A stretch of DNA of 64,000 bases from Ramazzottius varieornatus (taxonomy: Eukaryota; Animalia; Tardigrada): contig BDGG01000009.1 in the NCBI GenBank assembly GCA_001949185.1, forward strand, positions 361,624-425,623. Direction: 5' to 3'. Each line of letters begins with the position of its first letter. Position 1 is the first letter of the stretch. The notes under the pieces were generated by a model. It made no database searches, was not told the origin of the DNA, and saw nothing but the letters and a program-made list of their open reading frames with translations. This document shows, piece by piece, positions 1 through 13,400 of this stretch. A program made the position numbers and the translations under genes.

Positions 1-2800
1 AGTGGGCTCCGTAGTCGGCTCGCTGGTGGCTTCGGTAGTGAGCTCGGTGGTGGTCTCGGTAGTGGACTCCGTAGTCGGCTCGCTGGTGGCTTCGGTAGTG
101 AGCTCGGTGGTGGTCTCGGTAGTGGACTCCGTAGTCGGCTCGCTGGTGGCTTCGGTAGTGAGCTCGGTGGTGGTTTCGGTAGTGGGCTCCGTAGTCGGCT
201 CGCTGGTGGCTTCGGTAGTGAGCTCGGTGGTGGTCTCGGTAGTGGACTCCGTAGTCGGCTCGCTGGTGGCTTCGGTAGTGAGCTCGGTGGTGGTCTCGGT
301 AGTGGGCTCCGTAGTCGGCTCGCTGGTGGCTTCGGTAGTGAGCTCGGTGGTGGTTTCGGTAGTGGGCTCCGTAGTCGGCTCGCTGGTGGCTTCGGTAGTG
401 AGCTCGGTGGTGGGCTCGGTGGTGGGCTCGGTGGTAGGCTCGGTGGTGGCTTCCGTAGTGAGCTCAGTAGTGGCCTCGGTGGTGAGCTCAGTAGTGGTCT
501 GGGTAGTGGGCTCCGTAGTCGGCTCGCTGGTGGCTTCGGTAGTGAGCTCGGTGGTGGTCTCGGTAGTGGGCTCCGTAGTCGGCTCGCTGGTGGCTTCGGT
601 AGTGAGCTCGGTGGTGGTCTCGGTAGTGGGCTCCGTAGTCGGCTCGCTGGTGGCTTCGGTAGTGAGCTCGGTGGTGGTCTCGGTAGTGGGCTCCGTAGTC
701 GGCTCGCTGGTGGCTTCGGTAGTGAGCTCGGTGGTGGTCTCGGTAGTGGGCTCCGTAGTCGGCTCGCTGGTGGCTTCGGTAGTGAGCTCGGTGGTGGTCT
801 CGGTAGTGGGCTCCGTAGTCGGCTCGCTGGTGGCTTCGGTAGTGAGCTCGGTGGTGGTCTCGGTAGTGGGCTCCGTAGTCGGCTCGCTGGTGGCTTCGGT
901 AGTGAGCTCGGTGGTGGTCTCGGTAGTGGGCTCCGTAGTCGGCTCGCTGGTGGCTTCGGTAGTGAGCTCGGTGGTGGTCTCGGTAGTGGGCTCCGTAGTC
1001 GGCTCGCTGGTGGCTTCGGTAGTGAGCTCGGTGGTGGTCTCGGTAGTGGGCTCCGTAGTCGGCTCGCTGGTGGCTTCGGTAGTGAGCTCGGTGGTGGTCT
1101 CGGTAGTGGGCTCCGTAGTCGGCTCGCTGGTGGCTTCGGTAGTGAGCTCGGTGGTGGTCTCGGTAGTGGGCTCCGTAGTCGGCTCGCTGGTGGCTTCGGT
1201 AGTGAGCTCGGTGGTGGTCTCGGTAGTGGACTCCGTAGTCGGCTCGCTGGTGGCTTCGGTAGTGAGCTCGGTGGTGGTCTCGGTAGTGGACTCCGTAGTC
1301 GGCTCGCTNNNNNNNNNNNNNNNNNNNNNNNNNNNNNNNNNNNNNNNNNNNNNNNNNNCTCGGTGGTGGGCTCGGTAGTAGGCTCGGTGGTGGCTTCCGT
1401 AGTGAGCGCAGTAGTGGCCTCGGTGGTGAGCGCAGTAGTGGCCTGGGCAGTGAGCTCGGTGGTCGGCTCGCTGGTGGCTTCGGTAGTGAGCTCGGTGGTG
1501 GTCTCGGTAGTGCTCCGTAGTTCGCTGGTGGGTAGTGAGCTCGGTGGTGGTCTCGGTAGTGGGCTCGGTGGTAGGCTCGCTGGTGGCTTCCGTAGTGAGC
1601 GCAGTAGTGGGCTCGGTGGTGGGCTCGGTGGTAGGCTCGGTGGTGGCTTCCGTAGTGAGCGAGTAGTGGCCTCGGTGGTGAGCGCAGTAGTGGCCTGGGT
1701 AGTGAGCTCGGTGGTCGGCTCGCTGGTGGCTTCGGTAGTGAGCTCGGTGGTGGTCTCGGTAGTGGGCTCCGTAGTCGGCTCGCTGGTGGCTTCGGTAGTG
1801 AGCTCGGTGGTGGTCTCGGTAGTGGGCTCCGTAGTCGGCTCGCTGGTGGCTTCGGTAGTGAGCTCGGTGGTGGTCTCGGTAGTGGGCTCCGTAGTCGGCT
1901 CGCTGGTGGCTTCGGTAGTGAGCTCGGTGGTGGTCTCGGTAGTGGGCTCCGTAGTCGGCTCGCTGGTGGCTTCGGTAGTGAGCTCGGTGGTGGGCTCGGT
2001 GGTGGGCTCGGTAGTAGGCTCGGTGGTGGCCTCGGTGGTGGGCTCGGTAGTGAGCTCGGTAGTCGGCTCGCTGGTGGCTTCGGTAGTGAGCTCCGTAGTC
2101 GGCTCGCTGGTGGCTTCGGTAGTGAGCTCGGTGGTGGGCTCGGTGGTGGGCTCGGTTGTAGGCTCGGTGGTGGCTTCCGTAGTGAGCGCAGTAGTGGCCT
2201 CGGTGGTGAGCGCAGTAGTGGCCTGGGTAGTGAGCTCGGTGGTCGGCTCGCTGGTGGCTTCGGTAGTGAGCTCGGTGGTGGTCTCGGTAGTGGGCTCCGT
2301 AGTCGGCTCGCTGGTGGCTTCGGTAGTGAGCTCGGTGGTGGTCTCGGTAGTGGGCTCCGTAGTCGGCTCGCTGGTGGCTTCGGTAGTGAGCTCGGTGGTG
2401 GTTTCGGTAGTGGGCTCCGTAGTCGGCTCGCTGGTGGCTTCGGTAGTGAGCTCGGTGGTGGTCTCGGTAGTGGGCTCCGTAGTCGGCTCGCTGGTGGCTT
2501 CGGTAGTGAGCTCGGTGGTGGTCTCGGTAGTGGGCTCCGTAGTCGGCTCGCTGGTGGCTTCGGTTATGAGCTCCGTAGTCGGCTCGGTAGTGGCTTCCGT
2601 AGTGAGCTCGGTGGTGGGCTCGGTGGTGGGCTCGGTAGTGAGCTCCGTAGTCGGCTCGCTGGTGGCTTCGGTAGTGAGCTCCGTAGTCGGCTCGCTGGTC
2701 GCTTCGGTAGTCGGCTCGCTGGTGCTTTCGGTAGTGAGCTCGGTGGTGGGGTAGGTGGTAGACTCGGTAGTTGGCTCGGTGGTTGATTCGGTCGTGGGTT
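1..2800 (-). repeat. Coding minisatellite: 60-bp unit (TETTTELTTEATSEPTTEPT) built from 12-bp TTEx subunits
   Basis: Dozens of near-identical 60-bp copies; 50-N assembly gap at 1309-1358 and an indel-rich patch at ~1510-1665. Confidence 0.97.
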
Positions 2801-4091
2801 CCGCGGCTGGGCCAGTTGTTGTATCCGGTGTGTCCACTGACGAGGTTGAGATGTCGGGGTCGATTTCGCTAGGGTCCCTGACGGTCGTTGTGTTCCCGAA
2901 CGTTTGTGGCAGTTTATTGACAGCAGGGGCACGTTTATATCGGTCTGCGGGCTGTTCTCCGTGGCATTGCTCTGAAAATAGTCCTGTTAGTTTTGGATCA
3001 GGTGATATTTCAAACGGTTTCACCGTGGACGGTTTTCTGGGGAAACTTTTTATTTCAACGATTCGTCATCGATGGTTTTCTCCGATATTGATATGGACGA
3101 CGGCGACAATTTTCAAAAAGATTGAACGATTTCTTCGGTCAAATGAGACAGTGAAAGTATGGGGAACACCGTTTACTATTTTCAATTCCAGGAGCCGCTG
3201 TTGGTTTGGAATTATTGGACCTGTTGTCCCCTAATACGGAACCTTGATGCATCGTAAGAAGCACTCACCCTTTGTCAAGGATATTGTGTCAATAAATATG
3301 GCGTTAGGGTGTCCGTTGCTCTTACAGACGATGCCGTGATTTGAGATGAACGCAATGCGGAATGCCTGATCCAGAGTAAAATCGGCCGTTAGGAGACGCC
3401 ATTGTCTGCCCTGCCGGAAATCTGTAGAATTGATACCTCGAGCCTTCCAAACGTAGTCCGTCAACTGTGGGATCTGGTAGTGATGGTCTGGACTGCTACT
3501 GTTTTCGGTCAAGACCGCAATTTGAAAGTTCGACGTTACTGAAAAAGTGTCTGTGAAATAGGTCCAGAAGGATAACTGATACTTGGTACACTTTCCAACG
3601 ATAGAGGGTACGCGAGGACTGATAAGCGCCGCTTTATCCTCGGTGGCGTCTCGAATAGCTTTGTGTGACGATAGGCGGCAGTCAGACACCAATGCACCCA
3701 CGCTGCCTGATTTATCTGGAAATACAAGCTTCTATCGCAGTCGAGCACTCTACTTCGCTTCTGTACGAAAGGTCAGTCACTGTAGTACCTCCAGAGTGGT
3801 AACGGTCGGATGTGTGATGAAATTGGTACTTGTACCAGTCAGGCGTTGACCAGCTCGAAAGCGTGTCGTTCGCGTTTCCGCGCGTGCAGTCGGGTAGAAG
3901 GCGGTAGTCCGGAGGTGCATCATCCGGAAAAGGCTCGCAATCGAAGTTGGAAGATAACTCATTCACAAGTTCTAATCGCTTAGCAGATCCGGTTACGCAG
4001 TTACTGCAGTCCTTAAGTGTACCGTGCGTGACGTTCAGATTAATCTTTAGTCCTGTGACCGAGCCGGGTTCAACTTTATTCCTCCATGGCG
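1..4091 (-). CDS. MAM-domain, Thr/Glu-rich mucin-like protein (partial; 3' end off window, 5' exons unresolved)
   Basis: Spliced exons 4091-3789, 3715-3269 and 2971-<1 with GT-AG introns 3788-3716 and 3268-2972. MAM-like motifs AALISPRV..C..LSFW..W..FRIAF..IFIDTISLTK|EQC, then a furin-type RYKR and (TTEx)n repeats. A further donor lies at 4550. Confidence 0.8.
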
Positions 4092-4367
4092 CTGCAGAAA
4101 AACAAAATTAGCTCAAAACAACGATCCACATCAATGTAATGAGGAGTCCTAGGTCTAAAAGAAGGCCCAGGGAAAGGTCGAACTGCGATAAATGTAAACC
4201 CCGGATGGCGCAATGGTCTGCTCGCTATATGCAAGGGAATGACAGAGTGTTGAATCCTATCTCCGGCAAACTTTGTTTCTTAGCAAGACTATCGCAGGAA
4301 ATAAGTCAGGGAAAAAGGCTACGAATCTATAAAAGGGATGGTAATACAGCCCTATCATTACATCAAA

Positions 4368-4500
4368 AGTATCATTCAGTATTGAGCCAAAAATTTCAGA
4401 AAAGTACACAAGTGGAAGGGTGGCTGTGACGTCACGCTATCCAGCCGAATTTGATATCGTCTATTTCTCTGAACTTTTTGGCTTAATATTGAATGATACT
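4368..4500. mobile_element. MITE-like fold-back with ~33-bp imperfect TIRs, in an intron of the MAM gene
   Basis: AGTATCATTCAGTATTGAGCCAAAAATTTCAGA ... TCTGAACTTTTTGGCTTAATATTGAATGATACT. Confidence 0.7.
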
Positions 4501-5812
4501 AATGCGGCGAAGAGATTGCTGCAATATCTGATAATTACCGATGTACTCACCTGTTGTGCAGTGGTCGAACTGCAAAAGTAGGACGAAACAAAATATTAAA
4601 ACGTATTCAACTTCACATTTGTCATACATTGCGCGCATACATTTATCAAATTTTGATCACAACACAGGCATCGGTGAACTTTCGGTTCAGAATCTTAACC
4701 GTGTCCAGTTCGACGAAAATCAAATGGAAAACGAAAATATGGCTAACGACCAGTAGCCGCTAGTGTAAACGGCCTTCCGTTTCTCGGTGATGTCGAAACG
4801 GAAGTCTATCACGGGGTTCCAAACTCGATATAACGCTACTGCGGTCGAACCGGAACGTGTTATTCTGTACAGATTTCCAATTTGCACTGTCGTAGTGTCT
4901 TTTGCAAACATTGTTATCGTTGACCTGTCACCGAGAGCCGGAATTTACGTTGTGTAACAAGATAGTTGCTGCACTGCTATCTACCGTATTTTAATCGTCA
5001 GGAGCATTTCGCGGTCGTGGTCGTGCAAACATGCTTCCCAAATGCACACCCAGTTTTTACCGCGGTACTCCGAACGTTCAACGGGATATGCCGCCATTCG
5101 AAACACCCAGCGGAAGGTGGAATACCACGGCATCAACCGAATTTGGGATGTTGGCATATATCGACATTACATTACGTCAAGCAATATTAGATACTTTTTT
5201 CCATCTAATATATTATGCTAACAGCATTAGATGACTCCTGAGAAAAACTTATCAAATTACAATTAAATTAAGTGTAAATTTCCCATTCCGACCAATGTAA
5301 CACATATTAGAATTAGCTTGTTAGGTGCAAAGACGACTTTATATATCAAGTTTCATTAATATTATCATGGCTTCGATCCGGAGAGTCGATATTATATTAA
5401 AATTATATGACGTTCTCATTACCTTATGCCAACTTCACTAAACCGAGTACCCTGTGCAGGTGACGCCACAGTATTACATGGAACAAACGTGGTCTTGAGA
5501 ACTGCAGGCAGCTCACGACCGTATGTATAAGACTGCGAGTACCGAAAAAGAGCCGTAAAAAGCTGTGCACGCTTACGGCGGTTTGTCTCCAACGTTTGGT
5601 GGTAGACAAAGAAGAAGCTCAACAGCTAGAAGCCCTCCATTTGAGTAGTATCGTCTGGCGCACAGTAAGTACTTGTACGTCGTATGTTTTCATTCTGCAC
5701 CAGGCTTTCCGTATCGACAGACATTATTTTCTTTCACTGAGCTTTTTTCATATCCTTGTATTGGGTGCTTTTACCGTTCGTCCAGAACCCAGAATTCTAG
5801 TGGTCGTTAACA

Positions 5813-6243
5813 ATGGATATGGCAATGAACCTACTGGGGCAGTTGGCTCCCCAACAACAAGACTCGGTCAAATCCAACTGGGGAGAACTCTTCAACGTTA
5901 TGGGTGGCAGTAAAGAGAACGTGGCCATGGAATTGGCTAAACAGTAAGCTTTATCTTCTAGTCGTATTCATTGACATTTTATCGGTCCCGTTCCAACATC
6001 TTTCCTCTGCCTGGGATGCCTTTGTGATCACATCTTTGATAGTATGCTTCCTGTGATAGGCTTTCTGTCGTTTGCAGGACGGTCAAGACACAGCTGCTCG
6101 GTGGCGGAAGCGGATCCGGAGGTTCGGGGGGTGGAATGGCTTCCATGCTCGGGGGGATGTCCAAACTGTTCGGGAAGAAAGAACCCGCCAAAGAGGAAGC
6201 TGCTGCATCCATTCCTTCTAACCCCATGGATATCATCTCGTAA
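5813..6243 (+). CDS. Small 98-aa Gly/Met-rich orphan protein (2 coding exons: 5813-5943, 6078-6243)
   Basis: ACAATGG start; the GTAAGC..TTGCAG intron joins in frame to give MDMAMNLLGQLAPQQQDSVKSNWGELFNVMGGSKENVAMELAKQTVKTQLLGGGSGSGGSGGGMASMLGGMSKLFGKKEPAKEEAAASIPSNPMDIIS*. Confidence 0.7.
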
Positions 6244-6959
6244 ACCACAGGACCAGTGTCCACGCTTTTACTACTCGCAATGTGTGACGGTGCCTTTTTC
6301 TTGCTTGTAGGAAAGCCGCTCCGTTCATTGGAGGTCTTGACAACCCGAGTACGCTGAACTTTGAGTTTTCACGATAAACTGTTCAAAATTTCGTGGTTAC
6401 AACATTATCATATCTTGCTCGTTTTTCAGACGCGCTGATGGGATTTTTCATGCAAGGAGTAATGGGGTCAGGTGCAGCCAAGACACAATCGGAGAGCTCC
6501 ATCTTCTCGGTAAGGTTTCGGCGTAGCGGCTGGCCGGCCGAATTATTTACTTACCAAAAGCCGAGCCTCGGAAATCACAACAGATTGCATAATGATGATG
6601 AATGGAAATTACTGCAGCATGTAAGTCCAATTGTGCTCTTGGCAGATGATGAAACAGGTTATTTTTGGCTTGCTGGGCGACAAACTGCCAGCGCAGTCCT
6701 TCAGTCAAAACAACCAAGCTCAAGGTGCCTGGACCAATTTTCTCCAGCTGGCTGCGGGAGCCATGAAGAAGCAAGCAACGTGATCCGAACTTCCGAACAC
6801 AGCACTGCACCACTTCATGCTGAATTCCCTCTCAGCTTGCACCGAAAAATACGCAAATGTCGTCTGTACGTACAGACATCACACGTATTTTATTCGTATG
6901 TTAGAAACCCAACACTGGCAGCACCGAAGCTTTTATACTGTACATGGTTTCTTCATGTA

Positions 6960-8778
6960 CGAGGAAGACTCCATAATTATGTCAGGGTGAGATTCACACT
7001 GTAATTCGGTCAGGCTTTTTTCTCGATGCCCACTGGACCGAATCTTCCACTGCTTGTTTATACGTTGTAACGACAACTTTGCCGAGTCTTCTATTAAGTT
7101 TGAAGAGATTCACGAGATAAAATGAGGAGATATAGGCTCTGGAAGTCAGGAGCATCCCGCTAATGTTAAAAAGCCTGCGAAATAAATCAAGACAAGGCCG
7201 CTAGGGGGCACGTTCGTCGTTTTTTGCAGAAATGCTTGCAAACAGGAACACCACGTCATGTCGTCGGTTTCTGCGTTTACAGCACGATCATGAACGTTGC
7301 ATTGGCTCAGCATGGAATCCATGACGTATAGCTCTCCCGATACGTGCAGTGATGCCGTACTGCATTGCCAGTTTTCACAAAAGGATATTTCCTGCAGATT
7401 TTCTGGTCTTTCATACTGCGATATTTCTCTCTCACGATGGCTGTCCGTTCTCAGCTGAAAACAGCGTTTCAGGTGCACCAAGAGTTGTCGTTGGAAGCAG
7501 CTATTCACGAGGTAAAGAACGGCCAGAGTCAAGCCTCTGCAGCAAAGATATACAGGATCAGCCGTACAACCTTGCGTAATCGCCTGCAGAATTCGACTCC
7601 GTCTTCCGTTGGTGCTCCAACAAAATTCGCATCCCACGAAGAAGACCGTCTGCCGAGTTTTTCTTAGCCTGCANNNNNNNNNNNNNNNNNNNNNNNNNNN
7701 NNNNNNNNNNNNNNNNNNNNNNNGTCAAAGGAGGACGAATAAGCAGTGTTTTGCTGAGCAAGAATGCTTTTCAGTTTTTGCATATTCGCTTTGTTCATAG
7801 GGATTCCCTTTTAACTGTCATACTTTTAGGTGACGAAGGACAATCTACTGTCGCACGTGGTGAAACTTTGGTACCGAACCGAAGGATGCACGGAAAGGTA
7901 CGCGTTCAATGTTGGACAGAGTTTACAGTCTGGGTTTGCCAAGACGGGATTGTTCCCGTTTTCACCGGAAGTGATACGACAAACGGTGAAGCTTCACCAC
8001 GATCCCCAAATAATCGAGCGCGGAATCCGCCGAGAAATACAGCAGGACTTCGGTCCTTTGATTAATATACTGAAAGACCAGTACAACATCTCCGCCGAAA
8101 AGGACCTCGAAGATATCAAGGAGTTCATTCAGCTTAAACAGAAGGGTATTACCCCCGGGGCCGTGTTGGCCAATGTGATGCAGAAGGACTTGTTTGGAGA
8201 AGCACCGAAAAAGCAACGACGACAGGTAAACAGGCAGCTGAATACCGAGCCAGGTGCGCTGATCACCGGTCCCGAATTTGTTGCCGAGTTGGAGAAAGAA
8301 GATGAGAAGAAGAAGGCAGAGAAAGCTGCTGTTGAAGCAAAACGAAAGGCTGCAGCTGAAAAGAAAAAGAAAAATGCCACGAAAGAAAAAGATGAGAGTC
8401 CCACAGCATCGAAGCGCAAGGCATCAAATGTGAAGTCTCTGACAAGCAAGAAAGCACGAGTTTAGTTTCTTTTGGCGGAATGCGCCGTTGTACGATATTT
8501 GAGACGCATTCCGCTTTTTGAAGACTTAAAAATGTTGTACTTTGCTGATGATTTGCTCAGGTGATCAGAGAATTTAGGGATCAGAAAGGTAGAATTAAAT
8601 CGAAATAGTGCAGTTCAAATTCTCCCAGAGTTTTCCCGTCCAACAGCACATAAACGTAGTACGGTATCAGGCTCAGCACGGATCGCTAATGCTTGCGACA
8701 CTGCTGCCCCCGCACACCACTGTCCTGACCGAATTATGGTGTAAATTTTACCCTGACATAATTATGGAGTCTACCTCG
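6960..8778 (+). mobile_element. pogo/Fot1-like (Tc1/mariner superfamily) DNA transposon with ~55-bp TIRs and TA target duplication
   Basis: TA|CGAGGAAGACTCCATAATTATGTCAGGGT..AATTCGGTCAGG at left, CCTGACCGAATT..ACCCTGACATAATTATGGAGTCTACCTCG|TA at right; transposase fragments inside. Confidence 0.9.
7437..8465 (+). CDS. pogo/Fot1-type transposase, interrupted by an assembly gap (7674-7723)
   Basis: N-terminal HTH_psq-like LEAAIHEVKNGQSQASAAKIYRISRTTLRNRL. After the gap, an acceptor TTTTAG precedes a post-DDE motif LQSGFAKTGLFPFSP and a basic tail. The catalytic core is not visible. Confidence 0.75.
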
Positions 8779-10483
8779 TATCGTAGTCTCTGCTTTGTCC
8801 GGTTCTTCAAACAGGGAACCTTTGTGGCGGCCTCTGTTGATACCGCTGATAATCTGCCAATATACGTAACTGTTTTGTATACTTTCTTCAAATAAGGACA
8901 TGCTCTATAGCTTTATAAAGCGCGCACATCTCGCTGCCCCAGCAGCCATCTTGGTATAAGACACAAATCGGATTGTTCGGTCTGCTTCTGGATTTACGGA
9001 CTTTGCGACTACCTCGGCCTGAAGATCTCAGAGGTCATACTACGTAGCTTGTCATTTGATCCGTTTATCCGGCCGACAGACCTATACGGGTATCGGCGGC
9101 CCAGTTTTGTAGCAATGGGCTTCTGACCAAATTGTTCAGGAGTCGACTTTTAAGTTTTGGGACCCCAAGGGCAAAGTTGAACTGACAATGCCATCAGATG
9201 TAGCGAAGATCGAGGTACACGATGCTGGAGTCCATTTGGCGACCTGACCACTCGTCAAACGTTCACGTAAGAAAGATCCAGAGGGGTTCGAATCTTTGAC
9301 CAAAACGCTTTGACGTCATAAGGATGTTACATAGCATAAAATTGCACATACAATCGTTCTAACATCCAACGATTGTAGGCTTGCGTGTTTGAGCTATTAG
9401 TCACCCTTGAAATTTTCGGAAGTATGTTCCCAGAAGGGCGAACAGCTTTTTGAAACTTTGAGCCACGGCGAGGTACGGCAAACTTACCGCGCGATGGCCT
9501 TCGCGATGGCCGTCGCGATGCTTGACAGTCTTATGTCAAAAAAGGGTACTCTGGAAACAAGAACCATTGTCACAAAAGTGGGCCGCCACGACTCATATAT
9601 ACTGGTATATTACTCATTTTATCGCATTGTCTATAAAGATAGTTAGCTTCGACTGCGGTTGAGTCCGGACTTACGTCCGTGCCACATGAGAAAAATTTTA
9701 AAGGACCAGTTGACATAGTCTACAGGACTCTGTGCTATAGCTAGCCGGCTTTTTTCGTGGAATTAGTTTTCGGTGCGCATGCCTCCCCGTACGCGTTATA
9801 GAGGAACTGATGGGAAGATAAATCGCTGAACACCAAGACGAACCTACAAAGTGAAGCTTTTCGTGACACTGTAGGTACCTTTCGGGGCTTATGTGCAAGT
9901 TGCTATTGACGAAAGACAGTTCGCCGGTAGATCGTGATCGACAGAGGATAAGAATGTGCTACCGACGTCGACAGGGGACATTTACGCTTCGCCACAAGGA
10001 TCAGCCGTTCCATAATTATACACCGCCCGGTAACTATCCGCACCGTCATGTTCTGTAAAGTCAACCTTTGAATCGTTCATGGAGGAACATTTTTTGTGGT
10101 TTCACACTTATGGATACTCGCTTGAAGGGGCTAGAATCACTAGATAAATGTTTCCAGGCTAGAATTCCTAGGTAAATTCTTCCAGAACGAGGTCTACCGC
10201 TGGTGCAAACTCCTGTGCGTCCGACGTCCGACGGTCGAAGACTTGGTGTTGTCCATATCGGTGCATGACGCTAGGGAGCCATTAGTGCGCTGTGACGTCA
10301 TGGTCAAATTGGGTCCAGTTGATTGAACAACTGGTGTTTGGCTTGGCTTGTGGACTTTACGTTTTGAAAGTTTTCAGTTCAAATTTTCGGGATATCTTTT
10401 CTTTGTTACCCGCACTGGATTCTGCTGAAACTGCCTCAAAGCGTCGCATCCATGTATATTTGAGATCTTTGCTTTCTGCCATT

Positions 10484-13400
10484 ATGAGTAAAGTGGGGAA
10501 CGTCAAGCTGCTGGTCATCGGCGATGTTCATGGACACTTCAATCTTCTGGTCTCCAAGATCACCGCTCTCAACCAGAAAAATGGCCCTTTCGAGGTAAGC
10601 TGTATCATCTCGCTCACGGAGTTATAATCATCATCTTCCTCCTAACTCCAGGCAGTATTCTGTGTGGGAAGCTTCTTCGGAGACAACAACAGCGAATGGA
10701 GCGACTTGGAGAAATGCATAATACAAGGTACATAAAATAAATATATTTGTTCTTTTCCTTTCCATATTTCATTCGATGTGCTTCTTGCTTACGTGCGCTC
10801 GTTTTTTTCCACAGTTCCAGTACCGACGTACATACTCGGACCTATCTTTCCTGAGCACGCTAAATTCTTCAAGGACAAGAGCGGCGAAGATCTCGTTCCA
10901 AACGTAACTTACCTCGGTATGAAAATATCGAACACTCGATCTCAACCTTTTCAACCCGTTCCATTCACGTGATTGTCGTATTTTCGTACACAGGTCACGT
11001 GGTGGCTTGGCCACAGGCAAATTAAAATTGAGTACGGTTATTTAGGAAGGGGTTTTTAATCGAAGATCTCTCGAACCCACAAAAACTGCGGGTTTATGGG
11101 ATACATGGTCAGACTTTTCGACGTGGCTGTGAAATTTGGGGGTTAGCCAGTGATGCTTCGGGCTGAAATATCTTTCGTCCACATGGTACAAGCATTATTC
11201 GCGTACAAAGTACACATCTGGATCGATCTTCCGGGATTTTTTCCCCACGAAAACAGACGTTTTCAGTGTTCTGGAATTCCAAGTTTCCGTCCGAGAATTT
11301 TGGAAAAGGAAGATAGGAATATTAGGAATTCCTTTCATATTTTCCATTCCAAGAGGTTTGGCCTGGAATGCACAACCTTAGTACGAGGTAGGTCACCGTA
11401 GGTGGAACTGCCCGTTCTAAAAATCCCGCAGAGGTGAAAATCTTTGAGAATTCATTTCTCCAAAACTAATCATGTCATTTCGTGACAGTTGGTACTGTTC
11501 GAAAGCCCGAATTTTTCTCTACAACCTGAAGCTAAATCGTTGGATTCGGAATTTGAACCAAAACACCCCTTTCTAAAAAACCGTACTCAAATAGAAGTAC
11601 TCGTTTACATTTCTGTCTTTCATGCTAATATTAAATTGCCTTTTTTTCAGGTCGTCGAGGAATCTTCACTTTCACGTCCGGTTTGAAAGTAGCCTACCTT
11701 AGTGGAGCTGAATCCTCCGATCTGTCTGGTGACAAGTCGGAAATCACATTCACACAGCGTGATGTGGAAGAAGTGGTAACATTAGCTGGTGGAAACTCCT
11801 GTATCGGTTTCGATCTCCTCCTGACTAGCCAGTGGCCAGCCAATGTCGAATTGCATGGCGGAAATGAAACAGTAAAACTCCCGTCCTTTGCATGTCTTTG
11901 ATCCTTCTGTCGAGTTCATGCTGTACGCTCCTTTCAGACGTTCGACTCGGCAAAAGGAGGATCTGCCCTCATCGCTCAGCTGGCCGTCACACTGAAACCT
12001 CGCTACCACTTCTCCGCGATCGCCGACACCTTCTACGAACGACTGCCATACAGAAACCACCAGACCCTCGCTGAATCCGCCACTCACCCTTCCAGGTTCG
12101 TCGCTCTGGCCTCCGTGGGAAACGCCAAGAAAGGACGAGTAAGTCGGATCGCGGAGTGGCGCATGGGTCTGTTGATAATGGCTGGAAGCGTGCGCCATTT
12201 GGAGCAAACTCCACAAGATTGTTTTCCCAAGCCGGCGCACGTTTTGGTGATTTGTGCTGGAAGTGTGCGCTACTTAAGGAAACGATCTTGCCCAATTTGC
12301 AACTTTATTATCCGAACAGGTCAAACTTCCTGTTTTTTTTGCAGTACGTGTACGCTTTCAACATAGTCCCAATGTCCAAGATCTCCTTCCAAGAGCTGAG
12401 AAAGCAACCTGACCACTGCACGCCTTGTCCCTACGCCGAGAAGCCTCTCCTGACCAAGAAGGACAAGGTAGAGGACATTGTAGCGAACCAGTACTTTTAC
12501 GACATGGTCTCGGGTGATGGCCAGCGCAATGGCAAGCGTCAAGGCAATCAAGAGGATCACCGGAACAAAAAACCACGGGGAGACGGCCAACCGGAAGCTC
12601 CCTGCTGGTTTTGCCTCAGTTCGCCCGACGCCGAAAAGCACCTGGTCGTCAGTGTGGGCCTCCACTCCTACGTGGCCCTGGCCAAAGGTACGACGAGCAT
12701 GCCAGTACCGTTCTCCGGTAACTGCCGTAGACTTAATGTTAAATTCTTCATGAATGCAGCAATCGCGGGAAACCCCGGCGCCCTCCTTGTTTCCGCCCTT
12801 TTTCTACGAGTGTTTGTCAAGGCCATGCCCGGCATAAATCTAACTGGGATACTGGTAGAAAATGGGCAGAATTGCCTCAGCGGTTAAATAACTTTGCAGT
12901 GTTTGGCGTTTGTCTGCATCATAGTCCTTTTATTTTCAGGAGGGTTAACGCCAGAGCATGTGCTGATCATGCCCATCTTCCACTTGAGGTCGTACCCGGA
13001 AGTGGACGACGAGACAGCTGCCGAGATCGAACAGTACAAAGCAGCCTTGATCAAGTTCTTTTCGGAGCAGGGCAAGTCGACGGCTTTCTTTGAACGGAAC
13101 TTTAAGTCTAAGCATATGCAGCTGCAAGTCGTTCCTGTCCCTCAGACCGACCCAGAACGAATCAAGGATCTTTTTCTGCAACGAGCAGAGGAAAGCCAGC
13201 TGAAGCTCACGGAAATCCCCTCAAAATCCGACCTCAGACAAGTATCAGAAGCAGTTTCTATTCGATATCAGCGTCTGTTTTTGTAGTTCGCTTTATTGGT
13301 GTTGAATGCATTTTTACAGATTATCAAAGCCGGACAAACCTTCTTCTCGGTTGAACTGGACAACAACGATAAGCTGTTTTACAAGATTGACCAGAAAGGG

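Noticed and set aside
1510-1665. Frameshifts inside the mucin array suggesting a pseudogene
   Set aside because: They cluster close to an assembly gap in a near-perfect repeat, so misassembly is more likely.
2-2754. Long Val/Ser-rich + strand ORFs (458 and 463 aa)
   Set aside because: Antisense shadows of the minus-strand Thr/Glu mucin repeat, which splices in frame to a MAM exon.
8475-8520. GC hairpin plus T-run resembling a rho-independent terminator
   Set aside because: It lies inside a eukaryotic DNA transposon; there is no bacterial context.
12139-12343. Family A/B elements as introner (intron-creating) elements
   Set aside because: The palindromes sit inside introns at variable distance from the splice sites rather than forming the intron ends.
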